A stretch of 64,000 nt of DNA from the human T2T-CHM13v2.0 reference genome, Homo sapiens: assembly GCF_009914755.1 (NCBI RefSeq), contig NC_060928.1. One strand, written 5' to 3'. How positions within the stretch are numbered: position 1 is the stretch's first letter; every line of letters begins with the position of its first letter. Positions 28,843 to 42,855 of the stretch are shown here, piece by piece. Position numbers and translations under genes: made by a program. Below the pieces are notes generated by a model, which did not search any database, had not been told where the DNA came from, and saw only the letters and a list, made by a program, of their open reading frames with translations.

Positions 28843-28948
28843 CTGGAAACAGTCCAGTAGGATCAAGGATATTTGTCCAATTCTCTGGGCAGAAGCTGGA
28901 AACAGTCCAGTAGGATCAACGACATTTGTCCAATTCTCTGGGCAGAAG
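28843..28948. repeat. 53-bp tandem duplication (51/53 identical)
   Basis: ctggaaacagtccagtaggatcaa(g/c)ga(t/c)atttgtccaattctctgggcagaag x2. Confidence 0.95.
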
Positions 28949-30427
28949 TTGTCCATCACTGTCTGCCTGTGTCAGTTTCTCCTCTGGTTTTAGTGAATGG
29001 GAAGGTCCACACGCCCCTATTCTTTTCTCCCCTTCACTGGTGATTCAGTGGAGGTGGAGAACGAGGGCCTTTCCCATCTCCACCACCAGCTTAGCTGTCA
29101 AGCTTTCTGTATACAGGCACACCTCATTTTATTGCACTTAGCCTTACTGTGTTTCATAGACACTAAATTTTTACAAATTGAAGGTTATGGCAACCCTGCA
29201 TTGAACAAGTCTATTGGCACTGTTTTTCAATAGCATCTGCTCACTTTGTGTCTGTATTACATTTTGGTAATTCTAGTAATATTCCAAACTCTTTCATTTT
29301 TATTATATCTGTTATGTTGTTCTGTGATCAGTGCTGTTTGATGTTATTATTGTAATTTTATTGGGGTCCCACGAACCACATCTGTAAGATATGGTGAACT
29401 TAATCAGTAAATGTGTGTGCTCTGACTGCTCCACAAACCAGCTCCTCTTTCCCTCTAACTGGGCCTCCCTGTTCCCTAACATACAACAACATTGAAAGTA
29501 GGCCAATGAATAACCCTACAATATTCAAGTGTTCAAGTGAAAGAAAGAGTCACACATCTCTCACTTTAAATAAAAAATTAGAAATGATTAAGCTTCACGA
29601 GGAAGGCACGTTGAAAGCCAACATAGGCCAAAAGTTATATCTCATATCTCTAGCACCAAACAATTAACCAAATTGTGAATGCAAAGGAAACGTTCTTCAA
29701 GAAAATTAAAAGTGTTACTCCAGTGAACACATGAATGCTAAGAAAGCGAAACAGCCGTATTGCTGATTTGGAGAAAGTTGAGTAGTCAGGATAGAAGATC
29801 AAACCAGCCACGACATTCCCTTAAGCCAAAGCTTAATCCAGAGCAAGACCCTAACTCTCTTCAATTCTCTTAAGGTGGAGCGATGTGAGGAAGCTGCAGA
29901 AGAAAAGTTGGAAGCTAGCAGAGCTTGGTTCATGAGGTTTAGGAAAAGAAGCCATCTCCATAACATAAAAGTGTAAGGTGAAGCAGCAAGTGGTGAGGTC
30001 AAAGCTGCAGCAAGTTATCCAGAAGATCTAACTAAGATAATTAATGAAAGTGGCCTCACTAAACTACACAGCCAGAAAGGAGTAGTCAATTCCTGGCTTC
30101 AAAGCTTCAAAGAACGGCTGACTTTCTTGTTAAGGGCTAAGGCAGCTGGTTACTTTAGTTTGAAGCCAATGCTCATTTACCATTCCAGAACTCCTAAGGC
30201 TCTTAAGATTTATGCTAAATCTATCCTGCTAGTGCTCTGTAAATGGGACAGCAAAACCTTGATGACAGCCCATCTATTTACAGCATGGTTTATTGAATAT
30301 TTCAAGTATACTGTTGAGATCTACTGCTCAGCAAAAAAGATTCCTTTTAAAATATTACCGTTCATTAACAATGTACCTGATCACCCAAAGCACTGATGGA
30401 GATGTACAAGGGTGTTAATGTTGTTAA

Positions 30428-30760
<333 letters not shown>

Positions 30761-30968
30761 TTATTATTACACTTTAAGTTCTGGGATACGTGTGCAGAAC
30801 GTGCAGGTTTGTTACATAGGTATACATGTGCCATGGTGGTTTGCTGTACCCATCAACCCATCATCTACATTAGGTATTTCTCCTAATGTTATCCCTCTCC
30901 TTACTCCTACCCCCAAATAGGCCCTGGTGTGTGATATTCCCCTCCCTGTATCCATGTGTTCTCATTGT

Positions 30969-33900
30969 TCAACTCCCACTTATGAGTGAGAGCAGGCAGT
31001 GTTTGGTTTTCTGTTCCTGTGTTAGTTTGTTGAGAATGATGGCTTCCAGATTCATCCATGTCCCTGCAAAGGACATGAACTCATTCTTTTTTATGGCTGC
31101 ATACTATTCCATGGTGTATATGTGATACATTTTCTTTATCCAGTCTATCATTGATGGGCATTTGGGTTGGTTCCAAGTCTTTGCTATTGTGAATAGTGCT
31201 GCAATAAACATGCATGTGCATGTGTTTTCATAGTAGAATGATTTATAATCCTTTGGGTATATACCCAGTAATGGGATTGCTGGGTCAAATGGTATTTCTG
31301 GTTCTAGATCCTTGAGGAATTGCCACACTGTCTTCCACAATGGTTGAACTAATTTACACTCCCACCAACAGTGTAAAAGCATTCCTATTTCTCCACATGC
31401 TCTCCAGCATCTGTTGTTTCCTCAGTTTTTAATGATCACCATTCTAACTGGCATGAGATGGCATGAGTTGTGGTTTTGATTTGCATTTCTCTAATGACCA
31501 GTGATGGTGAGCTTTTTTTAATATGTTTTTTGGCTGCATAAATGTCTTCTTTTGAGAAGTGTCTGTTCATATCCTTCGCCCACTTTTTGATGGGGTTGTT
31601 TGTTTTTTTCTTGTAATTTTTTTTAAGTTCTTTGTAGATTCAGATATTAGCCCTTTGTCAGATGAGTAGATTGCAAAAATTTTCTCCCAGTCTGTAGGCT
31701 GCCTATTCACTCTGATGATAGTTTCTTTTGCTGTGCAGAAGCTCTTTAATTTAATTAGATCCCATTTGTCAATTTTGGCTTTTGTTGCAATTGCTTTTGG
31801 TGTTTTAGTCATGAAGTCTTCAGTCATGCCTATGTCCTGAATGGTATTGCCTAGGTTTTCTTCTAGGGTTTTTATGGTTTTAGGTCTTATGTTTTAAGTC
31901 TTTAATCCATCTTGAGTTAATTTTTGTATATGGTGTAAGAAAGGGGTCCAGTTTCAGTTTTCTGCACATGGCTAGCCAGTTTTCCCAACACCACTTATTA
32001 AATAGGGAATCCTTTCCCCGTTGCTTGTTTTTGTCAGGTTTGTCAAAGATCAGATGGTTGTACTTGTGTAGTGTTATTTCTGAGGCCTCTATTCTGTTCC
32101 ATTGGTCTCTATATCTATTTTGCTACCATTACCAGCTTTTTTCATTGCTATAGCCCTGTAGTATAGTCTGAAGTCAGGTAGCGTGATGCCTCCAGCTTTG
32201 TTCTTTTTGCTTAAGATTGTCATAGCTATATAGGCTCTTTTTTGGCTCCATATGAAATTTGAAGTACTTTCTTCTAATTCTGTGAAGAAAGTCAATGGTA
32301 GCTTGATGGCAATAGCATTGAATCTGTAAATTATTTTGGGCAGTATGACCAACTTCACGATATTGATTCTTCCTATCCATGAGCATGAAATATTTTTCCA
32401 TTTGTTTGTGTCCTCTCTTTTTTCCTTGAGCAGTGGTCTGCAGTTGTCCTTGAAGAGATCCTTCAAGTTGCCCTTGTAAGTTGTATTCCTAGGTATTTTA
32501 TTCTCTTTGTAGCAATTGTGAATGGGAGTTCACTCATTATTTGGCTCTCTGTTTGACTATTATTGATGTATAGTAATGCTTGTGATTTTTGCACATTGAT
32601 TTTGTACCCTGAGACTTTGCTGAAGTTGCTTATCAGCTTAAGGAGTTTTTGGGCTGAGACAATGGGGGTTTCTAAATATACAATCATGTCATCTGCAAAC
32701 AGAGACAATCTGACTTCCTCTCTTCCTATTCAAATACCCTTTATTTCTTTCTCTTGCCTGATTGCCCTGTCCAGAACTTCTAATACTATGTTAAATAGGA
32801 GTGGTGAGAGAGGGCATCCTTGTCTTCTGCTGGTTTTCAAAGGGAATGCTTCTGGCTTTTGCCCATTCAGTATGATATTGGCTGTGGGTTTGTCATAAAT
32901 AGCTCTTATTATTTTGAGATACGTCCCATCAATACCTAGTTTATTGAGAGTTTTTAGCATAAAGGGGTGTTGAGTTTTATCAAGGGCCTTTTCTGTATCA
33001 ATTGAGATAATGATGTGGTTTTTGTCTTTGGTTCTGTTTATGTGATAAATTACATTTATTGATTTGTATATGTTGAACCAGACTTGCATCCCAGGGATGA
33101 AGCCAACTTGATCATGGTGAATAAGCTTTTTGATGTGCTGCTGGATTTGGTTTGCCAGTATTTTATTGAGGATCTTTGCATCAATGTTCATCACGAATAC
33201 TGGCCTGAATTTTTTGTTGTTGCTGTGTCTCTGCCTGGTTTTGGTATCAGGATAATGCTGGCCACATAAAATGAGTTAGGGCAGAGTCCCTCTTTTTCTA
33301 TTGTTTGGAATAGTTTCAGAAGGAATGGTAGCAGCTCCTCTTTGTACCTCTAGTATAATTCGGCTATGAATCCATCTGGTCCTGGGCTTTTTTTGGTTGG
33401 TAGGCTATTAATTACTGCCTCAATTTCAGACCTCATTATTGGTCTATTCAGGGACTTGACTTCTTCCTGGTTTAGTCTTTGGAGGGTGTATGTGTCCAGG
33501 AATTTATCCATTTATTCTAAATTTTCTAGTTTATTTGTGTAGAGGGGTTTATAGTATTTTCTGATGGTAGTTTGTATTTCTGTGGGATCAGTGGTGATAT
33601 CCCCTATGTCATTTTTTATTGTGTCCATTTGATTCTTCTCTCTTCCCTTCTTTATTAGTCTGGCTAGCGGTCTATCTATTTTGTTAATCTTTTCAAAACA
33701 CCAGCTCCTGGCTTTATTGATTTTTTGAAGGGTTTTTCGTGTCTCTATCTTGTTCAGTTCTGCTCCAATATTAATTATTTCTTGTATTCTGCTAGCTTTT
33801 GAATGTGTTTGCTCTTGCTTCTCTAGTTCTTTTAATTGTGATGTTAGGGTGTTGATTTTAGATGTTTCCCGCTTTCTCACGTGGGCATTTAGTGCTATAA

Positions 33901-34823
33901 ATTTCCCTCTAAACAGTGCTTTAGCTGTGTCCCAGAGATTCTGGTATGTTGTGTCTTTGTTCTCATTGGTTTCAAAGAACTTATTTATTTCTGCCTTAAT
34001 TTCATTATTTACCCAGTAGTCATTCAGGAGCAGGTTGTTCAGTTTCCATGTAGTTGTGCAGTTTTGAGTTTCTTTTCCTTTTTTTTTTTTTTTGAGTGAG
34101 TTTCTTAATCCAGAGTTCGAATTTGATTGCACTGTGGTCTGAGAGACTGTTTGTCATGATTTCCACTCTTTTGCATTTGCTCAGGAGTGTTTTACTTCCA
34201 ATTATGTGGTCAATTTTACAATAAGTACGATGTGCTGCTGAGAAGAATGTATATTCTGTTGATTTGGGGTGGAGAGTTTTATAGATGTCTATTAGGTCCA
34301 CTTGGTCCAGAGCTGAGTTCAAGTCCTGAATATCCTTGTTAATTTTCTGTCTCGTTGATCTGTCTAATATTGATAGTGGGGTGTTAAAGTCTCCCACTAT
34401 TATTGTGTGGGAGTCGAAGTCTCTTTGTAGGTCTCTAAGAACTTGCTTTATGAATCTGGGTGCTCCTGTATTGAGTGCATATATATTTAGGATAGTTAGC
34501 TCTTCTTGTTGCATTGATCCCTTTACCATTATGTAGTGCCCTTCTTTGTCTTTTTTGATCTTTGTTGATTTAAAGTCTGTTTTATCAGAGACTAGGATTG
34601 CAACTCCTGCTTTTTTTTTTATTTCCATTTGCTTGGTAAATATTCCTCCCTCCCTTTATTTTGAGCCTATGTGTGTCTTTGCACATGAGATAAGTCTCCT
34701 GAATACAACACACCGATGGGTCTTGACTCTTTATCCAGTTTGCCAGACTGTTCTTTTAATTGAGTCATTTAGCCCATTTACATTTAAGGTTAGTATTATT
34801 ATGTTTGAATTTGATCCTGTCAT
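30969..34823 (-). pseudogene. L1 ORF2 (endonuclease/reverse transcriptase), broken by stops and frameshifts
   Basis: Fragments [63 protein letters not shown] in different frames. Confidence 0.92.
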
Positions 34824-34886
34824 CATGGTGCTAGCTAGTTATTTTGCACATTAGTTGATGCATTTTCTTCATAGTGTCATTGGTCC

Positions 34887-35901
34887 TTATATTTTGGTAT
34901 GTTTTTGCAGTGGCTGGCACTGGTTTTTCCTTTCCATATTTAGTGCTTCCTTCAGGAGCTCTTGTAAGGCAGGTCTGGTGGTGACAAAATCCCTCAGCAT
35001 TTGCTTGTCTGTAAAGGATTTTATTTCTCCTTCACTTACGAAGCTTAGTTTGGCTGGATATGAAATTCTGAGTTGAAAATTCTTTTCTTTAAAAATGTTG
35101 AATATGGGCCCTCATTCTCTTCTGGCTTGTAAGACTTCTGCAGAGAGATTAGCTGTTAACCTGATGGGCTTCCCTTTGTGGGTAACCTGGTCTTTCTCTC
35201 TGGCTGCCCTTAACATTTTTCCTTTGTTTCAACCTTTGTGAATCTGACAATTATGTGACTTGGGGTTGCTCTTCTCCAGGAGTATCTTTGTGGTGTTCTC
35301 TGTATTTCCTGAATTTGAATGTTGGCCTGTCTTGGTAGGTTGGGGAGGTTCTCCTGGATAATAACCTGAAGTGTTTTCCAACTTGGTTCCATTCTCCCCA
35401 TCACTTTCAGGTACAACAACCAATCATAGGTTTGGTCTTTTCACGTAGTCCCATATTTCTTGGAAGCTTTGTTCATTCCCTTTCATTCTTTTTTCTCTAA
35501 TCTTGTCTTCTCACTTTATTTCATTAAGTTCATCTTCTATCTCTGATATTCTTTCTTTTGCTTGATTGATTCGGCTATTGATACTTGTGTACGCTTCACG
35601 AAGTTCTTGTGCTGTGTTTTCCAGCTCCATCAGATCATTTATGTTCTTCTCTAAACTGGTTATGCTAGTTAGAAATTCCTTTAATCTTTTATCAAGGTTC
35701 TTAGTTTCCTTGCATTGGGTTAGAACATGATCCTTTAGCTCAGAGGAGTTTGTTATTACCCACCTTTTGAAGCCTCCTTCTGTGAATTTGTCAAACTCGT
35801 TCTTCTTCCAGTTTGTTCCCTTGCTGGCAAAGAGTTGTGATCCTTTGGAAGAAAAGAAGCATTTTGGAATTTTCAGCATTTTTGTGCTGGTTTTTCCTCA
35901 T
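34887..35901 (-). pseudogene. L1 ORF1, disrupted
   Basis: ATG at 35901; peptides SLEKNINDLMELENTAQELREA and IIQENLPNL.RQANIQIQEIQRTP. Confidence 0.88.
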
Positions 35902-38128
35902 CTTTGTGGATTTATCTACCTTTGATCTTTGGTGCTGATGACCTTTGGATGGGGTTTTTGCATGGGTGTCCTTTTTGTTAATGTTGATGTTATTACTTTC
36001 TGTTTGTTAGTTTTTCTTCTAACAGTCTGCTGGTCTTCTAACTCATCTGCGGGTCTGTTGGAATTTGCTGGAGGTCCACTCCCAACTCTGTTTGCCTGGG
36101 TATCACCAGCAGATGCTGCAGAACAGCAAAGATTGCTGCCCATTCCTTCCTCTGGAAGCTTTGTCCCAGAGGGGCACCCACTAGTTGCCAGCCAGAGCTC
36201 TCCTGTATGAGGTGTCTGTCGACCCCTGCTGGGAGATGTCTCCCAGTCAGGAGGCACGGGGGTCAGCGACCCTCTTGAGGAGGCAGTCTGTCCCTTAGCA
36301 GAGCTCAAGCGCTGTGCTGGGAGATCCACTGCTCTCTTCAGAGCCAGCAGGCAGGAATGTTTAAGTCTGCTGAAGCTGTACCCACAGCCACCCCTTCCCC
36401 CCGGTGCTCTGTCTCAGGGAGATGGGAGTTTTACCTATAAGCCCCTGACTGGGGCTGCTGCCTTTATTTCAGAGATGCCCTGCCCAGACAGGAGGAATCT
36501 AGAGAGGCAGTCTGGCTACAGCAGCTTTGCCAAGCTGTGGTGGGTTCTGCCCAGTCCAAACTTCCCAGCAGCTTTGTTTACACTATGAGGGGAAAACCGC
36601 CTACTCAAGCCTCAGTAATGGTGGACGCCCCTCCCTCCACCAAGCTCGAGCATCCCAGGTTGACTTCAGACTGCTGTGCTGGCAGCGAGAATTTCAAACC
36701 AGTGGATCTTGGCTTGCTGGGCTCCGTGGGGGTGGGACCCACTGAGCAAGACTGCTTGGCTCCCTGGCTTCAGCCGCCTTTACAGGAGAGTGAAAGGTTC
36801 TGTCTCGCTGGGGTTCCAGGTGCCACTGGAGTACAAAAAAAAAAAAACAAAACTCCTGCAGCTAGCTCAGTGTCTGCCTAAGTGGTCACCCAGTTTTGTG
36901 CTTGAAACCCAGGGCCCTGGTGGTGTAGGTACCTGAGGGAATCTCCTGGTCTGAGGGTTGCAAAAACCATAGGAAAAGTGTAGTATCTGGGCCAGATAGC
37001 AGCGTCCCTCAAAGCACAGTCCCTCATGGCTTCCCTTGGCTAGGGGAGGGAGTTCCCTGACCCCTTGCACTTCCTGGGTGAGGCAACACCCCACCCTGCT
37101 TCTGCTCGCCCTCCATGGGCTGCACCCACTGTCTAACCAGTCCCATTAGATGAACCGGGTACCTCAGTTGGAAAAGCAGAAATCACCTGCATTCTGCATT
37201 GGTCTCACTGGGAGCTGCCGACTGGAGCTGTTTCTATTCAGCCATCTTGCCAGATCCCCTAATGTTGTTTTTATGCCTGCTAATAGAACACCCATTCTGC
37301 AGCCCATGGATCAAAGAGTAATTTAGACTTTCAAGTTTTATGATTTATAAAATGTATTTTGTAAGGCTGCCACAGACAGTGATTCCCCTGATGGATCTGG
37401 GCAAAGTAAATTGAAAACACCTTCTAGAAATGATTCGTGATTTTTGATGCCACTAAGAACATTCATGATTCAGGAGAGAAGATCAAAATAGCAACATTAA
37501 CTGGAGTTTGGAAGAAGTAATTTAAGCCCTCCTAGATGACTTTGAGGGGTTCAGGACTTCAATGGAAGAAGTAACTGCAAATGAGGTGGAAGTAGGAGAC
37601 AACTAGAATAAGAAGTAGAGCCTGAAGATGGAACTGAATTGCTACAATCTCAGGATAAAACTCTAACAGATGAGGAGTTGCTTCTTATGGATGAGCAAAG
37701 AAAGCAGTTCCTTGAGATGGAAGCTACTCCTGGTGGAGATGCTGCGAACATTGTCGAAATGACAACAGAAGATTTAGAATATTCCATAAACTTAGTTGAT
37801 AAAGCAAGAGCAGGTTTTGAGAGGATTGTCTCCAATTTTGAAAGAAGTTCTACTGTGGGTAAAATGTTATCCAATAGTATCTCATCCTACAGAGAAATCT
37901 TTCGCAAAAGGAAGAATCAATCTGTATGGCAAACATCATTTTTGTCTTATTTTAAGAAATAGCCACAGCCACCCCAACCTTCAGCAACCACTATTCTGAT
38001 CAGTCAGCCATCATCAACATGGAGGCAAGACCCTCCACCAGCAAAAAGATCACAACTTGCTGAAGGCTCAGATGGTCATTAGCATTTTTTAGCAATAAAA
38101 TATTTTTGAATTAAGACATATACTTTTT

Positions 38129-38429
38129 GGCTGGGCGTGGTGGCTCACACCTGTAATCACAGCACTTTGGGAGGCTGAGGTGGGTGGATCACCTGAGGTC
38201 AGGAGTTCAAACCAGCCTGGCCCACATGGCAAAAACCCATCTCTACTGAAAATACAAAAATTAGTTGCACGTGGTGGCGCATGCCTGTAATCCCAGCTAC
38301 TCGAGAGGCTGAAGCGGGAGAATTGAACCCGGGAGGCAGAGATTGCAGTGAGCCAAGATGGCGCCATTGCACTCCAGCCTAATCAACAGAGCAAAGACTG
38401 CGTCTCAAAAAAAAAAAAAAAAAACAAAA
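38129..38429 (+). mobile_element. AluS inside Tigger1
   Basis: Dimer; decayed TSD gacatatactttt / gacatactttt. Confidence 0.92.
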
Positions 38430-38756
38430 GGACATACTTTTTTTAGGCATATGCATATGCTATTGCACACTTAATAAACTACAGTATAACATAAATGTAA
38501 CTTATATGTGCACTGGCAAACCAAAAAAATTCATGTGACTCTATCATGATGCTTGCTTTATTGCTCTGATCCAGAACTGACCCCTCAATATCTCTGAGGT
38601 TGCCTATATCACAGTTCACATTCTTCTTTTTTGTTTCCTTTTTATTGCTAGTTCGTTTCTTTACCATGGTCTTAACTGGCCAGTCCCAGTGGACTGAAGA
38701 TGAATTCTATTAAAAAGAACACTGGGGAAGAAGGCAAAGGAATTTTGGCAAAATCA

Positions 38757-38895
38757 CAAAATGGGGATAATAATATACCAATTGGAAGGGAATACTCACC
38801 CATCTCGTGGGGGTGCTGTGAGAATTAATTAATGTTTGTAAAGGCCTTTGAGTTCCGTGGAGGGAAGGTGCCACCACAGTGCTAAGCATTATTGT
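38757..38895 (+). mobile_element. Ancient CORE-SINE fragment (MIR1_Amn/MIR3-like)
   Basis: aaaatggggataataata...gtgagaattaattaatgtttgtaaaggcctttgag...agtgctaagcattatt. Confidence 0.6.
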
Positions 38896-40909
38896 GAAGG
38901 GATTATGTGCACAAATACAATACCAGAAGCCAGGATATTACTAAAAATAAAGCAGAACTTTCTGTGAGGAAGGTAAGGAAGGAAATGCCTCCTTGAAAAA
39001 AGGCTGAACCGTCTTTTAATACAAATGCTTAGGCTACCCGGTAATGGAACAGCAAATCTGAGATTCTATTGTAAGTAAAGGATTATGTTTTCTCGGCATT
39101 GTCAAGGTGCTGTGGAACAAAACAAAATGACTGCTTTACGCAAAAGAAGGTTAGAGTCTTTGAAAAAGAGATTAAGAGGATGTTTGGCTATTGCGCTGCG
39201 TAGTCCATCCAGGAGGAAAAAGGCAACAGCAAAGGCGAATGTTTGTTTGCATTTTGGGGGAAGGGGTTTTAAAAATGGGAAAAATGGGAACTGCTCCAAA
39301 TTAAAATAATTGTTGGTGGTTGCTCCCAATAAATCTAGTAATGAAGATTAAAGCTTGTTAGAATCCTACACCCATTTTTCATTTGCTTTTCTCTCTAAAA
39401 AGTTCTTTATATCCTAGGTTTAAAGTAGCAGAAGAAATATATTCTTGCTTATGTATTTACAGAGAATGATCGCATTAACATTGTTAAACAAAAAACAAAA
39501 ACAAAAACAAAACAAATAAAAAACTCTACTTTGTCCATATTATAAGTAATGCATGTTACATTTAAGGAGTGGATTCTACCGTGTTTTTGAAGTCCCTATT
39601 AGGCATTTAGTTAACAAAACTTATAGCAGAAATGGGAACGAAATCCCTGTCTTCCTTTTCCTAACCCCCTTCTTTCTAACCCTTTCCTCTCCCCAACCCC
39701 CTTATTAAAACAAGGTCTGTGGAGTCTGAAGCAGATTAGCAAATAGATAAATCCTTTAATGTCATGGAATACTTTCCCCAGTATAAATGGGATTAATCTG
39801 CCAACCCAGCAAATTCTACATTTCAAACACCTCAGCTGCATAATAAGCCATTTCCCCAACCCCCTAATTTATGGCACAAGGGTCATTTGATTTTAATGTT
39901 TGCACTGGTTAGACTTTCTTTCTCCAGTCTTCCCTCCCACGGCATCTCCAGCTCTCTCCATTTTCTACCTTTGAAAATGCTCCTTACATAGCCTTTAGAA
40001 AAGCATCAAAGGGTACAAACAATAACCTGTGCTTCACAGAGAAGCCGGAAGACGGAGAGGATGTGGAGCCTAAGCTGCCTTCCACTGGGCCCAGCAAGTC
40101 CCTCTCCAGAGCCTGTGAGGTGGCCATGTTGGGAGCTTTGGCCTGGGTCTGGCCACACAGCCCTGGGTTTGAGGATCCAACATCATGGCCAAACCCAGTA
40201 CTATACAGCCACCAATACCTGTTTCACAAAATGTTTACTGTAATGAGGAAAAACACAGGCCCTGCTTAGACACTTTAAGAGCTAGAAATGGCTCTGTGTG
40301 AACACAGAAGGGAGGCAGTGCAGTCTCTGACCCTAGAATTAGAACTGGGTATCTGTGCACCATTGCATTCAGTGACTGGCCCAAGGTCACAAAGTAGGAG
40401 GCGGATGGCTTGCATCTACCAGGTTGTCAGCCCTCCAGGGCTGTACTGCACCTCCCAAGCCACACTGCTTCCTTTAGGAAAGTATGGCCACGCTGCTCTC
40501 ATTCAGCAACCCCAGGAGAAAAAGACTATTTCAGGGCTATTTACTCAAAACCATTGGGTAAATTCTGACTCACATTAACGTTTCCCTTTACACACCCTTT
40601 GAAATCAGAGCAACATGAGTCACCTTACTGTTCTATCCTCTTGGTTGGTGACCAAAGGGAAATGCTTCATTTTAAGAAGTAAGTCCTCGTGGCTGTTGTC
40701 GGTGAAGCTCTGAGAGTCACAATAAGGCCGGAACACCCCTGCAGTTGTGAGCCCAAAATGTCCTTACGGCACATGGGCCAGAGAGTCTCCTCCTTCCCGA
40801 AACAGGGTCTTCGCCAGGCCTTTATATTAAAATAGTAGAAACAATGGGATAAGAATGAGAATGTGAGTATATTTCTAAAAAGCAGTCATGAAGATTTTAT
40901 TTCGAAACA

Positions 40910-41230
40910 GCAAAGTAGCATAACGAATGAACTACAGCCACATGCAGATGGGTGAATCTTAGCAATGTAATGGAAACGAAAGTCGCAAAACATATACTAC
41001 ACGATACCTTTTATACAGTTTAAAGTAGCTAAAATGTTTTAAAATACATGCAGTTTAGGACTGCAATAATCTACATCGACAGAAAAGCTAGGAAAACCAG
41101 GATGCTGCTGGGGAGGATGGGGTGAGGTTGCTGGGGGAACATGTCATTAGCTCTGACTTATTTTCCAGACTGACTTTTGTTTAGGAGATGGGCTCGCAGA
41201 TGTTTATTATATTACTAAAAATAAATCAAT
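40910..41230 (+). mobile_element. L1MC/L1ME 3' fragment
   Basis: aatgaactacagccacatgcagatgggtgaatctt; atactacacgataccttttata. Confidence 0.65.
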
Positions 41231-41903
41231 AACTGAATATAAGTTGGACATCTACAACCCAATGATGACAATTTAAGGATCATAATTAAGCCAATTAATA
41301 CACACCAAATTGAAAACAAAACTGACGATTGTATTAGTTTACTAGGGCTGCTGTGACAAAGTACCATCAGCCAGGCTGATATGTTTAAAATACAAACTGA
41401 CCATAAACAAAATAATAGATAGCTTACATAAAGGTAAAATAAAAAGCACAAACATTGCCCCCAGAGCATGATATATAGTAAATGTTGGCCTGACCTGGGG
41501 TAGGTTTGTGAGGTAATGACCTCCTATGCTTTGATGAAGCTTTATGGCTCATCTAACTGAGGCTCTCACCTCTAAGTTCAGTCATGCCTCAGTGTTTGAG
41601 TAGAAGGAACAGATGGGACATGGGTTAGTGGCTAAAATCAATTTCATCACGTCGACGTTGGTATCCTAGCTCTCTCCTACAACCAAGTCTCTTCCTCTTT
41701 TCCAAGGGACGTTCATTCCTGCTTCTTTCCCAGTTCCCCAACAACTGGCTTTCCCGTCCTTGAACTGAACTGTCTCCATGGCTGAGGCCCCACGCCAGCT
41801 GCTCCAGATTCTTTGTGCCACCATCTGCCTGGCTGGACTTCTACAGCAGTTACCCTTGACTTCTTTTTAGAGGTTCACTTTTGAATTTTTGGGCTAAGTT
41901 TAA

Positions 41904-42179
<276 letters not shown>

Positions 42180-42547
42180 TAATGGTATTATTCTCCATCT
42201 ATCCCTTCCTTATACAGATTTATCTCCTGGTTTCATACCTATTTTGAGATTCATGGCAGAGAATTATGGAAATCTCTAGTAACACATTTCTGTCTTTAGT
42301 CGCATGCCCAGCATTTGAACCTTGCCTTTCTCTGTGAGTATTCCCAGAAAACCATCCCAACAGTACATAGTTTGGCCTTTATAACTCCTGATCCTCTCTG
42401 AGCAATCGTAGCCAGAAACCAGACCATTGCTTTAATTAGACTGGAGGAAATAGAACAACCAGAAGTTTTCAAAGATTACAAAAGAGATTGCTAGGGAGGC
42501 TTAAAGGAAGACAGATAACAGATATCTTCTCAATAAAGGATGAGACG

Positions 42548-42855
42548 GGCCAGGCATGGGGGCTCACGCCTATAATCCTATCACTTTGGGAGGCGAGGTG
42601 AGAGGATCGCTTGGAGCCAGGAGTTGGAGACCAGCCTGAACAACATAGTGAGACCTCATCTCTATAAAAAAAAAGTTTAAAAATGTGCCCAGCATGGTGG
42701 CATGTGTCTGTAGTCCTAGATACTCAAGAAGAGGTTGAGCCACAAGGATTGTTTGAGCCCAGAAGTTCAAGGCTGCAGTGAGCTATGATTGCACCACTGC
42801 ACTACAGCTTTGGTGACAGAGTGAAACCCTGTCTCTAAAAATAAATAAATAAATA
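42548..42855 (+). mobile_element. AluJ
   Basis: J-type dimer with (TAAA)n tail. Confidence 0.92.

Noticed and set aside
30969-35901. Reverse transcriptase/endonuclease ORFs as a novel or active RT system
   Set aside because: Ordinary LINE-1 ORF1/ORF2, fragmented by stops and frameshifts.
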